A stretch of DNA of 64,000 nucleotides. Origin: Candidatus Planktophila sp. GTDB taxonomy: Bacteria; Actinomycetota; Actinomycetes; Nanopelagicales; Nanopelagicaceae. Below are positions 33,885 through 44,893 of this stretch, piece by piece (position 1 is the first letter of the stretch; every line of letters starts with the position of its first letter). Position numbers and translations under genes: made by a program. The stretch spans positions 28,328 through 92,327 of the forward strand of contig JBIKSX010000001.1 of assembly GCA_044348405.1 (NCBI GenBank). The letters are read 5' to 3'. The notes below the pieces were generated by a model. It made no database searches. It was given only the letters and a program-made list of their open reading frames with translations, and was not told where the DNA came from.

Positions 33885-33980
33885 GGGGCGCTCCTACAGA
33901 TTTGTCCTTACATGAAAAGGGACAACCTTGGCCCGTGGTGCTCGTTGCTTAAGGCGAAATCGTAGCAAGAAGAGGGCTAA

Positions 33981-34688
33981 TTAGATGCCCGAGATATGCG
34001 CAATCCTTCCAATGCCTGCGGTGATGGCCATTCCGAGTGAACCTCCAAGGAGCACACGCAGTGTTGGCAAAAGCAGCTTTGAGCCTGCAGTTCGCGCAGA
34101 AACCACCCCTGTCAAAATCAAGCCAGCCAGGGTAAATCCAACAATGCTCCAAGCCTGTGTGCCCAAGGTGGGAGCAAAAGCTCCTGCAAATGGAATCAAT
34201 CCACCGAGAGTAAATGAAACAGCTGAAGCAAATGCAGCCTGAACAGGACGCGCCTTTGTACTTGGGTGCTGGCCTAGTTCATCGCGTAAGTGCGCTTCGA
34301 GCGGATCTTTGCGATGCATTTCAAGTGCAACCTGCAAGGCAAGTGCTGGCGTTAAGCCACGGCCGATATAAATTTGCTGAAGCTCCTGTAACTCACCTTC
34401 TGGATCTGCAGCTAGATGTGCAATTTCAAGGTTGCGATCAGATTCTTCAACATCATTTTGCGAGCGAACAGAAATATATTCACCAACTGCCATAGACATC
34501 GCACCTGCAGTAATTCCTGCAACACCGGCAGTAATCAGAAAATCTTCTTTTCCAGCAGCAGCTACACCAATCATCAAGGCCGCAGTTGAAACAAGTCCAT
34601 CATTGGCACCAAGAACGGCGGCTCGAAGCCACCCAGCACGATGGGTGCGATGCTGCAGATTTCTTTGGTAGACCTCTTCCAAACTCAT
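33981..34688 (-). CDS. VIT1/CCC1 family Fe/Mn transporter
   Basis: LRAAVLGANDGLVS, AMSMAVGEYISV, EGELQELQQIY. Confidence 0.93.
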   Translation of the reverse strand: MSLEEVYQRNLQHRTHRAGWLRAAVLGANDGLVSTAALMIGVAAAGKEDFLITAGVAGITAGAMSMAVGEYISVRSQNDVEESDRNLEIAHLAADPEGELQELQQIYIGRGLTPALALQVALEMHRKDPLEAHLRDELGQHPSTKARPVQAAFASAVSFTLGGLIPFAGAFAPTLGTQAWSIVGFTLAGLILTGVVSARTAGSKLLLPTLRVLLGGSLGMAITAGIGRIAHISGI

Positions 34689-34709
34689 GACTGAAAGAGT
34701 ACCTGACTG

Positions 34710-35516
34710 TTACTGGATCTTTTTTGAGGCGCGAGCAAAATAGAGAGCAGCTCCTGCGCCTACAAGCACACTTACCCAGACATTCACGCGCAAACCTGCA
34801 ATTGTGTTGGCAGTATCGATACGTATAAGTTCAATAAAGAAACGGCCTAGGCAATACGCTGCTACATAGAGCGCAAAAGATTGACCAGCCTTGAACCTGT
34901 TTCCAAACTTGAGGATTATCAGCGCGATAGCCGTGCACCAAATAGCTTCATATAAAAATGTTGGATGAAATGACTCGAATTGAGTGTAACCACTTGGTCG
35001 ATAACGCATCGGAACATCTAGTGCCCACCAAGTATCTAGCGGCTTTCCAAATAGCTCTCCATTAAACCAATTACCAAATCGACCAATAGCTTGGGCAAAA
35101 AGAATTCCAGGGGCTAACGCATCAGCAAACAATGCAAAAGATGGAAGTTCAACTTTCTTGGCCAAAGATCTGTAGCGAAGATAGGCACCCAATAGTCCAA
35201 GGGAAATTGCACCCCAAATGCCCAAGCCACCTTCCCAAATCTTGAACGCATCTACTGGATTTCCACCAGTTCCAAAATAAGCATTTGGAGATGAGATCAC
35301 GTGATAAATGCGCCCACCGATAATTCCGGAAGGTACGGCGACAATTGCTACTTCTGAAACTATTGATTGACCTTGAACCGTTTTGTACTGAAAACGCTTA
35401 CCACCCAACCAAATCGCAATTGCTATGCCGGTAATAATGCACAGTGCGTAATAGTGAATAGTTAACGGGCCAAGTTCCAACACAGATTGTGTTGGAGTTG
35501 GAAAAGCTGAAATCAA
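34710..35516 (-). CDS. lgt: Prolipoprotein diacylglyceryl transferase
   Basis: GGRIYHV, IWEGGLGIWG, QAIGRFGNWFNGELFG, HPTFLYE. Confidence 0.97.
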   Translation of the reverse strand: MISAFPTPTQSVLELGPLTIHYYALCIITGIAIAIWLGGKRFQYKTVQGQSIVSEVAIVAVPSGIIGGRIYHVISSPNAYFGTGGNPVDAFKIWEGGLGIWGAISLGLLGAYLRYRSLAKKVELPSFALFADALAPGILFAQAIGRFGNWFNGELFGKPLDTWWALDVPMRYRPSGYTQFESFHPTFLYEAIWCTAIALIILKFGNRFKAGQSFALYVAAYCLGRFFIELIRIDTANTIAGLRVNVWVSVLVGAGAALYFARASKKIQ

Positions 35517-35519
35517 AGT

Positions 35520-36227
35520 TTAGCCAGCCTCTACAGCTGCTTTGAACTCTTCAAGTACGAAGGCATTTTGTGTGCGCTCCCACTTTTTGCCGTTGATAAA
35601 CACTGTTGGAGTTCCTTGAACGCCATACTTGCTCATTGAATCTGAGTTAGCTTGAACTAAGTCAACCTTTGATCCCTTATTGACGCAGTCTTGAAATGTC
35701 GTAGATGTGATTCCAATTTTCTTACCAATATTTACCAGTGTTTCATTGCTCCAGAAACCTGAATTTTCAACCGATGACTGAATCGTGTAAATCGCTTTGT
35801 GGAAATCTAAGAATTGTCCTTCATCTGCTGCACAGAAAGCTGCGTTAGCAGCACGGACGGATTCATCACCTAAGAATGAAAGCAAGTGATAGCGAACGGT
35901 TGCTTTCTTTTCACGAATAAGTGATTCAAGGTACTGACCATTTGCATCGGTGAACAACTTACAAACTGGACACTGTGGATCTTCCCAAACATCAATTGTT
36001 GTTACTGCGCCATTGTCAAATGCGATCGATGAACCATTTGCAACATCAATTGTTGAAGTAACGGCTGGGTTTAGTGTTACTCCATCAAGGCCTGATAGTG
36101 AGGCGGTCTCTTTTGTATTTTGGCTAAAGAGTGAGAAAACAATTCCAGTAACAATAACAAGTGCGACCATCGCAACAACGATCCAACGTGTGGTGTTATC
36201 TTTACCCTTAGCTGCTTGCTTGGCCAT
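35520..36227 (-). CDS. Membrane-anchored DsbA family thiol-disulfide oxidoreductase
   Basis: N-terminal TM, EDPQCPVC active site, GTPT cis-Pro loop. Confidence 0.92.
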   Translation of the reverse strand: MAKQAAKGKDNTTRWIVVAMVALVIVTGIVFSLFSQNTKETASLSGLDGVTLNPAVTSTIDVANGSSIAFDNGAVTTIDVWEDPQCPVCKLFTDANGQYLESLIREKKATVRYHLLSFLGDESVRAANAAFCAADEGQFLDFHKAIYTIQSSVENSGFWSNETLVNIGKKIGITSTTFQDCVNKGSKVDLVQANSDSMSKYGVQGTPTVFINGKKWERTQNAFVLEEFKAAVEAG

Positions 36228-36229
36228 TA

Positions 36230-36340
36230 CTACTCCTTGATTAATTGAGTTGGTTTTTCATCACTTGTCTTGGTGTACGAGGGAAAGTATAGATAAAGAG
36301 CGCAAAGCGCCAAACCCAAACTCGGCTTGAATTCTGTGAA
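36230..36340 (-). pseudogene. Possible 3' relic of a MauE/DoxX-type membrane protein gene, overlapping a dsbA promoter
   Basis: Stop-free frame FTEFKPSLGLALCALYLYFPSYTKTSDEKPTQLIKE* ending 2 nt before the dsbA ATG, no ATG start; contains TTGGCG-16nt-TATACT. Confidence 0.35.
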
Positions 36341-36353
36341 TTAGGGGCGAAAA

Positions 36354-37154
36354 CTAGCGCCCCTCGCGTACTCCTAGCGCCAATTCTCGAGCTAAATGTG
36401 AAATCGCATCTAACCCTTCCTGTTCGCTTTTTGCTTCTAGCAATAACTTGATAAATGCCGAACCAACGATCACGCCATCTGCGTAGGCGGCAAGGGATTT
36501 AGCTTGCTCGCGCGTTGATACTCCAAGCCCCACAGAAATCGGCAAGTTAGTAACGCCGCGTACTCGGGAAACCAAATTGCTGGCGTCGGCAGAAACGCTG
36601 GTACGAGTTCCTGTCACGCCCATCAAACTTGCTGCATATACAAAGCCGCCGGTCTTGGCAGTTACAGCTGCCAGTCGAGAATCATTAGTACTAGGTGCAA
36701 CTACATAAATCGGATTAATTTTGTTCTTGCTTGTCGCAGCGAGCCAACGGTCGGATTCTTCAATTGTTAAATCTGGGGTGATAACTCCGGATCCCCCGTT
36801 GTCGGCAATTGATTGCGCAAAATTATCAACGCCATAGCGTTCGATGGGATTCCAATAAGTCATTACAACGGCGGCTACCCCGGTATCGGTGGCAACCTTG
36901 AGTGCGGCAAACACATCTGCCGCACTTGTTCCACCCTTAAGTGAAATTTCAGCAGCTTCTTGGATTACCGGCCCATCCATCACTGGATCGCTGTATGGGA
37001 AACCAATTTCAATTGCGTCAACTCCAGCTGCTGCTAAAGCGTGAATTGCTTTGGCACATCCTGCTTGAGACGGAAAACCAGCTGGAATATATGCAATTAG
37101 TGCGGCGCGATTTTCAGCACGAACTTTTGCCATTACCTCATCTAATTGCGTCAT
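36354..37154 (-). CDS. trpA: Tryptophan synthase alpha chain
   Basis: EIGFPYSDPVMDGPVIQ, MTYWNP, GVTG, DGVIVGSA. Confidence 0.98.
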   Translation of the reverse strand: MTQLDEVMAKVRAENRAALIAYIPAGFPSQAGCAKAIHALAAAGVDAIEIGFPYSDPVMDGPVIQEAAEISLKGGTSAADVFAALKVATDTGVAAVVMTYWNPIERYGVDNFAQSIADNGGSGVITPDLTIEESDRWLAATSKNKINPIYVVAPSTNDSRLAAVTAKTGGFVYAASLMGVTGTRTSVSADASNLVSRVRGVTNLPISVGLGVSTREQAKSLAAYADGVIVGSAFIKLLLEAKSEQEGLDAISHLARELALGVREGR

Positions 37155-38335
37155 TACAACGGAATTCCAAAGTATTCAGCGGCGGTTTGCACATCCTTAT
37201 CACCACGGCCAGATAAATTAATAAGCAGATTAGCTTGTGGACCTAATTCTTGTCCGACAAGTATTGCTCCAGCTAAAGCATGTGCAGTTTCGATCGCTGG
37301 GATTATTCCTTCGGTTTTGCTCAATAGCGAAAATGCATACATCGCAGCATCATCATTAATCGCACGATATTCAGCTCTGCCGACATCATGAAGGTATGCA
37401 TGTTCTGGTCCTACACCTGGGTAATCCAAACCTGCTGAAATAGAGTGCGATTCGATTGTTTGGCCGTTTAAATCTTGTAGAACATAAGAACGTGTTCCGT
37501 GAAGAACTCCTGGAGTTCCACCAGTGATAGTTGCAGCATGACGTCCTGTTTCGACACCATCACCGCCAGCTTCTAGTCCTATGAGTCTGACATCAGTATC
37601 TGGAATAAACGCGTTAAAGATTCCGATCGCATTAGATCCCCCGCCAACACATGCCAAGACTGCATCCGGAAGTCTGCCGGTTAATGCGAGCATCTGTTCC
37701 CGTGATTCTTCACCGATGATCTTGTGAAAATCGCGAACCATCGTAGGAAATGGATGCGGTCCAGCAACCGTGCCAAGCATGTAATGAGTATCAGCAACAT
37801 TTGTTACCCAATCACGCATTGCTTCATTAATGGCATCTTTTAGTGTTCGTGATCCAGTTGTAACAGGCATAACTTGTGCCCCAAGTAATTTCATTCGCGC
37901 AACATTTAACGCTTGACGACGTGTGTCTTCTTCGCCCATGTACACAACACAATCAAGACCCATCAATGCCGCCGCAGTTGCCGATGCAACACCATGTTGA
38001 CCTGCGCCTGTTTCAGCGATGATGCGCTTTTTACCCATGCGCTTTGTTAGCAAGGCCTGTCCCAAAACATTATTGATCTTGTGCGAACCTGTGTGGTTAA
38101 GGTCTTCGCGCTTTAGAAATATGCGCGCACCGCCAGCATGCTCAGAAAAACGCTTTGCTTCGGTAATTATGCTGGGGCGACCTGTGTAGGTTTTATGAAG
38201 CTCGGCAAGTTCTGCTAAAAATGCTGGATCTTTCTGCGCTGTGTTGTGAGCCATTTCAAGTTCATTAAGCGCGCCAATTAAAGCCTCTGGGACGAAGCGC
38301 CCGCCGTATTCACCGAAATGCCCCGCACTAGTCAT
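37154..38335 (-). CDS. trpB: Tryptophan synthase beta chain
   Basis: [15 protein letters not shown] (PLP lysine), [20 protein letters not shown]. Confidence 0.99.
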   Translation of the reverse strand: MTSAGHFGEYGGRFVPEALIGALNELEMAHNTAQKDPAFLAELAELHKTYTGRPSIITEAKRFSEHAGGARIFLKREDLNHTGSHKINNVLGQALLTKRMGKKRIIAETGAGQHGVASATAAALMGLDCVVYMGEEDTRRQALNVARMKLLGAQVMPVTTGSRTLKDAINEAMRDWVTNVADTHYMLGTVAGPHPFPTMVRDFHKIIGEESREQMLALTGRLPDAVLACVGGGSNAIGIFNAFIPDTDVRLIGLEAGGDGVETGRHAATITGGTPGVLHGTRSYVLQDLNGQTIESHSISAGLDYPGVGPEHAYLHDVGRAEYRAINDDAAMYAFSLLSKTEGIIPAIETAHALAGAILVGQELGPQANLLINLSGRGDKDVQTAAEYFGIPL

Positions 38336-38337
38336 TG

Positions 38338-39111
38338 TCAAAGCCTACCTAGCAATTGATTGATCGCAACAGATGGAGATCCTGAGCGTACGAGGGCTTC
38401 TCCCACCAATATGGCAGTAGCGCCACATTGATGTGCAAATTCAACTTCTTGTCGAGTTGATATTCCAGATTCTGCAACACGTGCAATTTCTGCCGGAATC
38501 TGTGGAATCAATTCGGCAAAAGCACGTGAATCAACTTCTAAAGTTTTTAGATTACGGGAGTTCACACCAATTATTTCTGGTGAAATTTCAAGTGCTCTTT
38601 CTAATTCATCGTTAGTGTGCACTTCGATCAGCGAACGCATTCCTAATTCTGTGCTTAAGTGAAAATAATCTTCCAACTGGTTTTTACTCAATGCAGCGAC
38701 GATCAGCAATACAACATCAGCCCCATGTGCACGTGCCTCATAAAATTGATACTCATCGACCATAAAATCTTTTCGCAGGATGGGCAAATCAATTGCCTTT
38801 CGAACTGCATCCAAGTCTGCTAACGAACCACCAAAGCGTCGTTGCTCGGTCAAAACGCTGACTACGTGTGCTCCTGCTTCTTCATACTGCGCAGCTAAAC
38901 CAGCTGGATCAGTTATTGGCGCTAGCGCGCCTTTACTGGGTGAAGAGCGTTTGACTTCTGCAATCACTGACATCTCAGGTGATATCAAAAATGACAAACA
39001 ATCACGGACGGCAGGTGCTGTTTCCAATGCCTCTTGTAACTGCCCCATTGGTAAACGCCTAGCCACTAAATCCTCACGCACGCCTTCAATGATTGAATTT
39101 AAAACGCTCAT
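38338..39111 (-). CDS. trpC: Indole-3-glycerol phosphate synthase
   Basis: [33 protein letters not shown]. Confidence 0.98.
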   Translation of the reverse strand: MSVLNSIIEGVREDLVARRLPMGQLQEALETAPAVRDCLSFLISPEMSVIAEVKRSSPSKGALAPITDPAGLAAQYEEAGAHVVSVLTEQRRFGGSLADLDAVRKAIDLPILRKDFMVDEYQFYEARAHGADVVLLIVAALSKNQLEDYFHLSTELGMRSLIEVHTNDELERALEISPEIIGVNSRNLKTLEVDSRAFAELIPQIPAEIARVAESGISTRQEVEFAHQCGATAILVGEALVRSGSPSVAINQLLGRL

Positions 39112-39278
39112 GGCTTGTCATCCACTGTTGGGTCAATTCCATGATCTAGTGAGCTCCAGGTATTTAGTTCGCGTGGCTTACGTTCATATCTGGAAGAAAG
39201 TTTGAAACGTTTAGAAATAGCCAGGACCAAGGCGACCACGCACACTAAAGAGATAAGGACAGGCAAGAGTTCTTTCAT
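39108..39278 (-). CDS. 56-aa single-TM protein resembling the C-terminus of the Trp biosynthesis-associated membrane protein (TIGR02234-like)
   Basis: [56 protein letters not shown]; ATGA overlaps with both the trpE stop and the trpC start. Confidence 0.88.
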   Translation of the reverse strand: MKELLPVLISLVCVVALVLAISKRFKLSSRYERKPRELNTWSSLDHGIDPTVDDKP

Positions 39279-40762
39279 TTGGAGTCCGCCAATCGATTTG
39301 CGGCATGCACCGCAGTTAGAACCGCGGCAGCTTTATTGCGGCACTCTTGATTTTCAGACTCTGGATCAGAATCTGCAACGACTCCTGCACCTGCTTGAAC
39401 AAATGCGGTTCCTTTGTATAACAAAGCGGTTCGAATTGCGATGCAGGTATCTAGGTTTCCCGTGAAATCGATGTAACCAACAATTCCGCCGTATACACCT
39501 CGTCTTGTTGTTTCTAACTCTTCAATGATTTCCATCGCGCGTGGCTTAGGAGCACCTGACAAAGTGCCCGCTGGAAAGACCGAAAAAAGTGCATCAACTG
39601 GAGATGATTTCTTAGAAAGTTTGCCGATAACTGTCGAGACAATATGCATTACATGCGAATAACGTTCAATGTGCATGAAATCAATTACTTCGACGCTACC
39701 TGGTGCGCAAACCCGACCTAAATCATTGCGGCCAAGATCTACCAGCATTAAATGCTCAGCGCGTTCTTTAGGGTCCGCCAACAGCTCTTCACCCAAACGG
39801 TGATCTTCTTCAGGATTTGATGAGCGCTTACGGGTTCCAGCGATTGGATGAATCATTACATCTTCTTGATTAACCTTGACTAGCGCTTCGGGGCTAGATC
39901 CCACAATTTCAATTCCATCGGTAAAGCGGAACAAATACATATATGGAGATGGATTGTTCAGCCGAAGCATGCGATACACATCAATGGCATCGGCAGCACA
40001 AGGCATGGAAAAACGTTGCGATAGAACGACCTGAAAGGCTTCACCAGCAAGGATTTCTTCTTTAACTTGTGCGATGTTTTTCTTGAACGCATCTGCGGAA
40101 ATATTTCCAGTGTATTCGGGTAATGAGAAATCTGGAATTGTTGCAGCATCACCCGGTATCGATTGCGCTAAATCGAATTGCATCCGATCTAGTCTCTCGT
40201 TGCATGATGCGAAAGCTTCATCGATACGATCATCGCTGCCATCCCAATTGATGGCATTTGCAATCAATGTGATAGTTCCTTCGCTGTGATCCATCACAGC
40301 CAAATCACTTGTAAGCATGAAAGAAAGTTCTGGAAGCGGAATATCTTTTTTTGAAAGTGATGGAAGTTTTTCTAGCCTTCGCACAACGTCATAGCCCATG
40401 AATCCCACCAAGCCACCGGTTAGTGGAGGCAGGCCTTTTATTTTTGGCGAACGTAAATGCGCCGCCGACAAACGCAGAGCTTGCAGTGGATCGATTCCTG
40501 TTGGCGCGCCAGCTGGCGCTGTCCCTTGCCAATACGCCAAACCATCTTTTTCACTTAACGTAGCTTCACTGCGAACACCAATAAACGAGTAACGCGACCA
40601 GACACCACCGTGTTCGGCAGATTCCAAAAGAAAAGTATTTTCGGCACTCTTAGCTAACTTCTTATAAACGCCAAGTGGAGTTTCAGAATCTGCCAGCAAC
40701 TTTCGCGATACTGGAATTACATTTGAAACTTTTGCATACGCGCGAAACTGTTCTAGATTCAT
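39275..40762 (-). CDS. trpE: Anthranilate synthase component I
   Basis: [48 protein letters not shown]; start set at ATG 40762 overlapping the hisI stop. Confidence 0.97.
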   Translation of the reverse strand: MNLEQFRAYAKVSNVIPVSRKLLADSETPLGVYKKLAKSAENTFLLESAEHGGVWSRYSFIGVRSEATLSEKDGLAYWQGTAPAGAPTGIDPLQALRLSAAHLRSPKIKGLPPLTGGLVGFMGYDVVRRLEKLPSLSKKDIPLPELSFMLTSDLAVMDHSEGTITLIANAINWDGSDDRIDEAFASCNERLDRMQFDLAQSIPGDAATIPDFSLPEYTGNISADAFKKNIAQVKEEILAGEAFQVVLSQRFSMPCAADAIDVYRMLRLNNPSPYMYLFRFTDGIEIVGSSPEALVKVNQEDVMIHPIAGTRKRSSNPEEDHRLGEELLADPKERAEHLMLVDLGRNDLGRVCAPGSVEVIDFMHIERYSHVMHIVSTVIGKLSKKSSPVDALFSVFPAGTLSGAPKPRAMEIIEELETTRRGVYGGIVGYIDFTGNLDTCIAIRTALLYKGTAFVQAGAGVVADSDPESENQECRNKAAAVLTAVHAANRLADSK

Positions 40763-41106
40763 TGTGCCGATCGCAGCTCTAGCGGGGTGTGAAAACAGGT
40801 GCGTTCTCCGGTGTGGCAAGCGACTCCTGTTTGAATAACTTGAAGCAGTACGGCATCGCCATCACAATCTAATGAAATTGATTGAACATCTTGATAATGA
40901 CCAGATGTTTCACCCTTTACCCATAGCTCACTGCGGCTACGTGACCAGTAGGTTGCTTTGCCTGTAGTCAGGGTCAGTTGTAGTGATTGCGCGTTCATGT
41001 AAGCCAACATCAATACTTCTTTGCTGGATGCATCTTGGACAACCGCAGGAATCAAAAGGTTTGGATCCTTCAGAAGTGCAGCTAACTGCGGATCCAGAGT
41101 TGTCAT
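40759..41106 (-). CDS. hisI: Phosphoribosyl-AMP cyclohydrolase
   Basis: YWSRSR, KGETSG, DCDGD, ACHTG..TCF. Confidence 0.97.
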   Translation of the reverse strand: MTTLDPQLAALLKDPNLLIPAVVQDASSKEVLMLAYMNAQSLQLTLTTGKATYWSRSRSELWVKGETSGHYQDVQSISLDCDGDAVLLQVIQTGVACHTGERTCFHTPLELRSAQ

Positions 41107-41120
41107 GTGCTTATTCTGCC

Positions 41121-41894
41121 TTACCGGGTCGCAACGGCGCGCACCGGATAATTGTGCTTACCCAGGTACCGTTTCACATCTCCGATTCGGTGAACTCCGA
41201 AGTGAAAGACACTTGCTGCAAGTAGTGCATCTGCGCCAGCATCAAGGGCTGCCGAAAAATCTTCGAGCGATCCAGCTCCACCGCTTGCAATCAATGGGAC
41301 CTTTGAAACTGCGCGAACTGCCGTAATCATTCCTATGTCATAGCCTGCGCGGGTTCCATCTGCATCCATCGAATTAAGCAGGATTTCACCGATCCCTAAA
41401 GCACACGCTTGTTCTACCCATGCAAGTGCATCTACGCCAGCACTTTGTCGCCCGCCATGTGTTGTTACTTCAAAACCCGAATCTGTTCGAGCCCGGCGTG
41501 CATCCACAGAAAGTACCAACACTTGTGAACCAAAGCGATCGGCAATCTCTGCGATTAATTGTGGACGGGCTAACGCCGAAGTATTAATGGAAACTTTGTC
41601 TGCTCCCGCTCGCAGTAAACGATCAACATCGTCAACATTTCGGATTCCGCCACCGACAGTCAGCGGAATAAAAACTTGCTCTGCAGTGCGTCGGACAACA
41701 TCTAGAGTTGTTTCACGGCCTGCCACACTTGCTGAAATATCTAAGAAAGTTAACTCATCTGCGCCTTCAGTGTTGTACAAGGAAGCCATTTCAACTGGAT
41801 CGCCAGCATCAACTAGATCCGTAAAATTCACACCCTTTACTACTCGACCATCAGTGACATCTAAACACGGAATGATTCGAACTGACAGACTCAT
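41121..41894 (-). CDS. hisF: Imidazole glycerol phosphate synthase cyclase subunit
   Basis: [33 protein letters not shown]. Confidence 0.98.
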   Translation of the reverse strand: MSLSVRIIPCLDVTDGRVVKGVNFTDLVDAGDPVEMASLYNTEGADELTFLDISASVAGRETTLDVVRRTAEQVFIPLTVGGGIRNVDDVDRLLRAGADKVSINTSALARPQLIAEIADRFGSQVLVLSVDARRARTDSGFEVTTHGGRQSAGVDALAWVEQACALGIGEILLNSMDADGTRAGYDIGMITAVRAVSKVPLIASGGAGSLEDFSAALDAGADALLAASVFHFGVHRIGDVKRYLGKHNYPVRAVATR

Positions 41895-42616
41895 TTGCCG
41901 CTGACCTCTAGTGCCTCTTGCAGAGTAAATTTTCCGGCGTACAAAGCTTTACCAACAATTGCGCCTTCCACACCTGTGCCAACAAGTGCGGTCAGAGCAG
42001 CGATGTCAGCTAGCGATGAGATTCCACCACTTGCAATAACTGGCTGTGTTGTGGCAGCACACACCGATTTTAATAGTTCTAAATTTGGGCCCGCTAAGGT
42101 GCCATCTTTTGCAACATCTGTAACGACATAACGCGCACAGCCATCACGATCTAGTCGAGCTAAGGTTTCAAAGAGATCTCCACCTTCTTTAGTCCAGCCG
42201 CGTGCCGCCAAAGTATGACCGCGAACATCTAAACCGACAGCAATTCGATCACCATGTTCGGCAATTACTCGCGCAGTCCATTGCGGATCTTCTAGCGCAG
42301 CAGTTCCAAGATTGACGCGACGACATCCTGTGGCAAGTGCCCGGCGTAAAGACTCATCGTCACGAATTCCACCGGAAAGTTCAACCTTGATATCTAGCTT
42401 TCCAACAACTTGTGCCAAGAGCGCAGAGTTTTCGCCGCGACCAAATGCTGCGTCAAGATCTACTAGGTGTAACCATTCAGCACCGGCAGTTTGAAATTCA
42501 AGTGCGACATCTAATGGTGCGCCATAAATGCTTTCTTTATCTAGTTCGCCCTGAACCAAACGAACCGCACGGCCATCCTTTACATCTACTGCAGGCAAAA
42601 GCTCTAGGTAACTCAT
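41891..42616 (-). CDS. priA: Bifunctional HisA/TrpF phosphoribosyl isomerase PriA
   Basis: [28 protein letters not shown] loop, DGTL.GPN; no trpF in the cluster. Confidence 0.9.
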   Translation of the reverse strand: MSYLELLPAVDVKDGRAVRLVQGELDKESIYGAPLDVALEFQTAGAEWLHLVDLDAAFGRGENSALLAQVVGKLDIKVELSGGIRDDESLRRALATGCRRVNLGTAALEDPQWTARVIAEHGDRIAVGLDVRGHTLAARGWTKEGGDLFETLARLDRDGCARYVVTDVAKDGTLAGPNLELLKSVCAATTQPVIASGGISSLADIAALTALVGTGVEGAIVGKALYAGKFTLQEALEVSGK

Positions 42617-43215
42617 AGTGACCCCACCCAATTCTTTATCAGTGCCAACCCGGCTGCACCAGATTTTTCTGGATGAAATTGGGTAGCGCTGATGTACCCA
42701 TCTTCAACTGCCGCAAGAAACTTTTCTCCGTGAGTACTCCACGCCTGTGTTTTTCCAACCGCAACCTTTGCCGCAAATGAATGAACAAAATAGAAAGATT
42801 CAGTTTCAATGCCTTTAAACAAAACTGAGCCAGGGCTAGTTTCTACCGTGTTCCAACCCATGTGCGGCAAGATCGGTGCAGCTAACTTGGAAACTGTTGC
42901 GTCCCAGATTCCAACACCAGCATGGGCTTGGGTTTCGGAATGTTCGGTGCCGTGACTAAACATAATTTGCATTCCGATACAGATTCCCAAAGTTGGGCGC
43001 TCTTTAACTAAACGCTCTCGCACAATTTCTGCGCCAGAAACCGCATTTAGTCCATCCATGCACGCTGCAAACGCCCCAACTCCTGGAACAACTAATCCTT
43101 CGGCTTCTAGCGCAATCTTTCGATCGGAAGTAACAATTACATCTTTACCGGCGGTCGCAAAGGCACGCTCTGCAGATCGAAGATTTCCAGAGCCGTAATC
43201 AAGAATTGCTATCAA
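42613..43215 (-). CDS. hisH: Imidazole glycerol phosphate synthase glutaminase subunit
   Basis: [32 protein letters not shown]. Confidence 0.98.
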   Translation of the reverse strand: MIAILDYGSGNLRSAERAFATAGKDVIVTSDRKIALEAEGLVVPGVGAFAACMDGLNAVSGAEIVRERLVKERPTLGICIGMQIMFSHGTEHSETQAHAGVGIWDATVSKLAAPILPHMGWNTVETSPGSVLFKGIETESFYFVHSFAAKVAVGKTQAWSTHGEKFLAAVEDGYISATQFHPEKSGAAGLALIKNWVGSL

Positions 43216-43796
43216 AGAGAACCTTTTGTTGAAGGAATTCCGGCAACTCTGCCATCTAGTGATACTGCGTCGCGAAGCGCACGTGCAACAGCCTTAAACT
43301 GCGCCTCAAATACATGATGTGCATTGCGACCTTCAAGCACGCGAATATGTAGTGCAATACGCGCTTCGGCAACAATTGATTCCCAAATGTGTTTGCCAAG
43401 AGTTGTGTCAAAAGTTCCAATTAGTTCAACTATTTCAGGTTGACGGTGCACAAGGTATGGACGTCCGGAAAGATCAACCGCTGCTTGAACCAGGACTTCA
43501 TCGAGTGGAACCATTGAATCACCGAAACGACGAATGCCTGCCTTGTCCCCCAGTGCTTCACGCAATGCTTGTCCAAAAGCCAAAGATGTATCTTCAACTG
43601 TATGATGAGAATCCACATCGACATCTCCAGTTGTCTTGATTGTTAAATCAAAACCTGAGTGCTTACCTAACTGAGACATCATGTGATCAAAGAATGGAAC
43701 ACCAGTAGCAACATCGATAATGCCTTGGCCATCTAAATTGATCTCGACCAGAACGTGTGATTCGTGGGTCTTTCTTTCAACGCGCGCTGTTCTCAT
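43212..43796 (-). CDS. hisB: Imidazoleglycerol-phosphate dehydratase
   Basis: FFDHM, DSHHTVED, NAHHVFEA, PSTKG. Confidence 0.98.
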   Translation of the reverse strand: MRTARVERKTHESHVLVEINLDGQGIIDVATGVPFFDHMMSQLGKHSGFDLTIKTTGDVDVDSHHTVEDTSLAFGQALREALGDKAGIRRFGDSMVPLDEVLVQAAVDLSGRPYLVHRQPEIVELIGTFDTTLGKHIWESIVAEARIALHIRVLEGRNAHHVFEAQFKAVARALRDAVSLDGRVAGIPSTKGSL

Positions 43797-43807
43797 GGCT
43801 ATCTCCT

Positions 43808-44893
43808 TTAAATAAGCTCTTTGAGGGCTGAAACAAACAATTGATTCTCGGCTTCATTGCCAATTGTGACTCTTAAGTACCCTGATAATCCCACATCTCT
43901 AATCAGAACACCCTTTTCTAGTAAGGCCGCCCATAGTTGTGGCGCATCCTGCTTAAAACCTGTGAAGAGGACAAAGTTGGCGCTGCTTTCAATTGTGGTC
44001 AACCCCATTTCGTGGAGTGCTTGTACAACCTGACCTCTGGCACTTATCAAGGTTGCTACACCACTTAAAAGTTCAGCTCGATGGTCAAGGGCAACCTGAG
44101 CTGCAGCTTGAGTAAGCGCGCTCAGGTGATACGGAAGTCGAACAATCATCATGGCATCTTTGACCGCACTATCACTTACTAAATACCCCAGTCGCGCACC
44201 CGCAAAAGCAAATGCTTTGCTCATGGTGCGAATAACAATCACATGAGGATTGTTCGCAATCAAAGTTACTGCAGATTTTTCTTGGGAAAACTCGGCATAG
44301 GCTTCATCGACAACTAATAACCCACCCACTTGTTTCGCTGCAGTTGCCAGCTTTTGAATGCAATCAATTGTGACCGCACCGCCAGTTGGATTATTTGGCG
44401 TTGTGATAAAAGTTAGCGTTGGCTTGTTTGACAAGATTTGAGCAACTGCATCCGCCGTATTTAGCGAAAAGTCAGCATTGCGCTTTCCATCAATCCAGGT
44501 TGAACCAGTGACCTTTGCGATCAATGGGTGCATCGAATACGAAGGTGTAAATCCTAGAACGGGACCTTGTCCAAAAGCCAAGAAAATTGATTGGATAATT
44601 TCATTTGAACCATTTGCTGCCCAAACATTGTCCAATGAAAAGTTGGTAGCACTTTGTTCATTGATGTACTGAGCAAGCTTTCCCCGAAGAACTGTCGCAT
44701 CACGATCTGGATAACGATTCAAATCGGCAGCGACCTTTGCTACCGCATCGGTAATCGCCTTTTGCAACGCAGGTGATGGTGCATATGGATTCTCATTTGT
44801 ATTTAGCGCAGCCATCGCTGGAACCTGCGGAGCACCATATGGTGATAACGCGCGCAAAGTTTCACGCAAAGGCAACCACGTTGGCCAACTCAT
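43808..44893 (-). CDS. hisC: Histidinol-phosphate aminotransferase
   Basis: [35 protein letters not shown]. Confidence 0.97.
   Translation of the reverse strand: MSWPTWLPLRETLRALSPYGAPQVPAMAALNTNENPYAPSPALQKAITDAVAKVAADLNRYPDRDATVLRGKLAQYINEQSATNFSLDNVWAANGSNEIIQSIFLAFGQGPVLGFTPSYSMHPLIAKVTGSTWIDGKRNADFSLNTADAVAQILSNKPTLTFITTPNNPTGGAVTIDCIQKLATAAKQVGGLLVVDEAYAEFSQEKSAVTLIANNPHVIVIRTMSKAFAFAGARLGYLVSDSAVKDAMMIVRLPYHLSALTQAAAQVALDHRAELLSGVATLISARGQVVQALHEMGLTTIESSANFVLFTGFKQDAPQLWAALLEKGVLIRDVGLSGYLRVTIGNEAENQLFVSALKELI

Noticed and set aside
39202-39465. 87-aa plus-strand ORF across the trpE-trpC junction
   Set aside because: Antisense to trpE and to the better-supported 56-aa minus-strand gene
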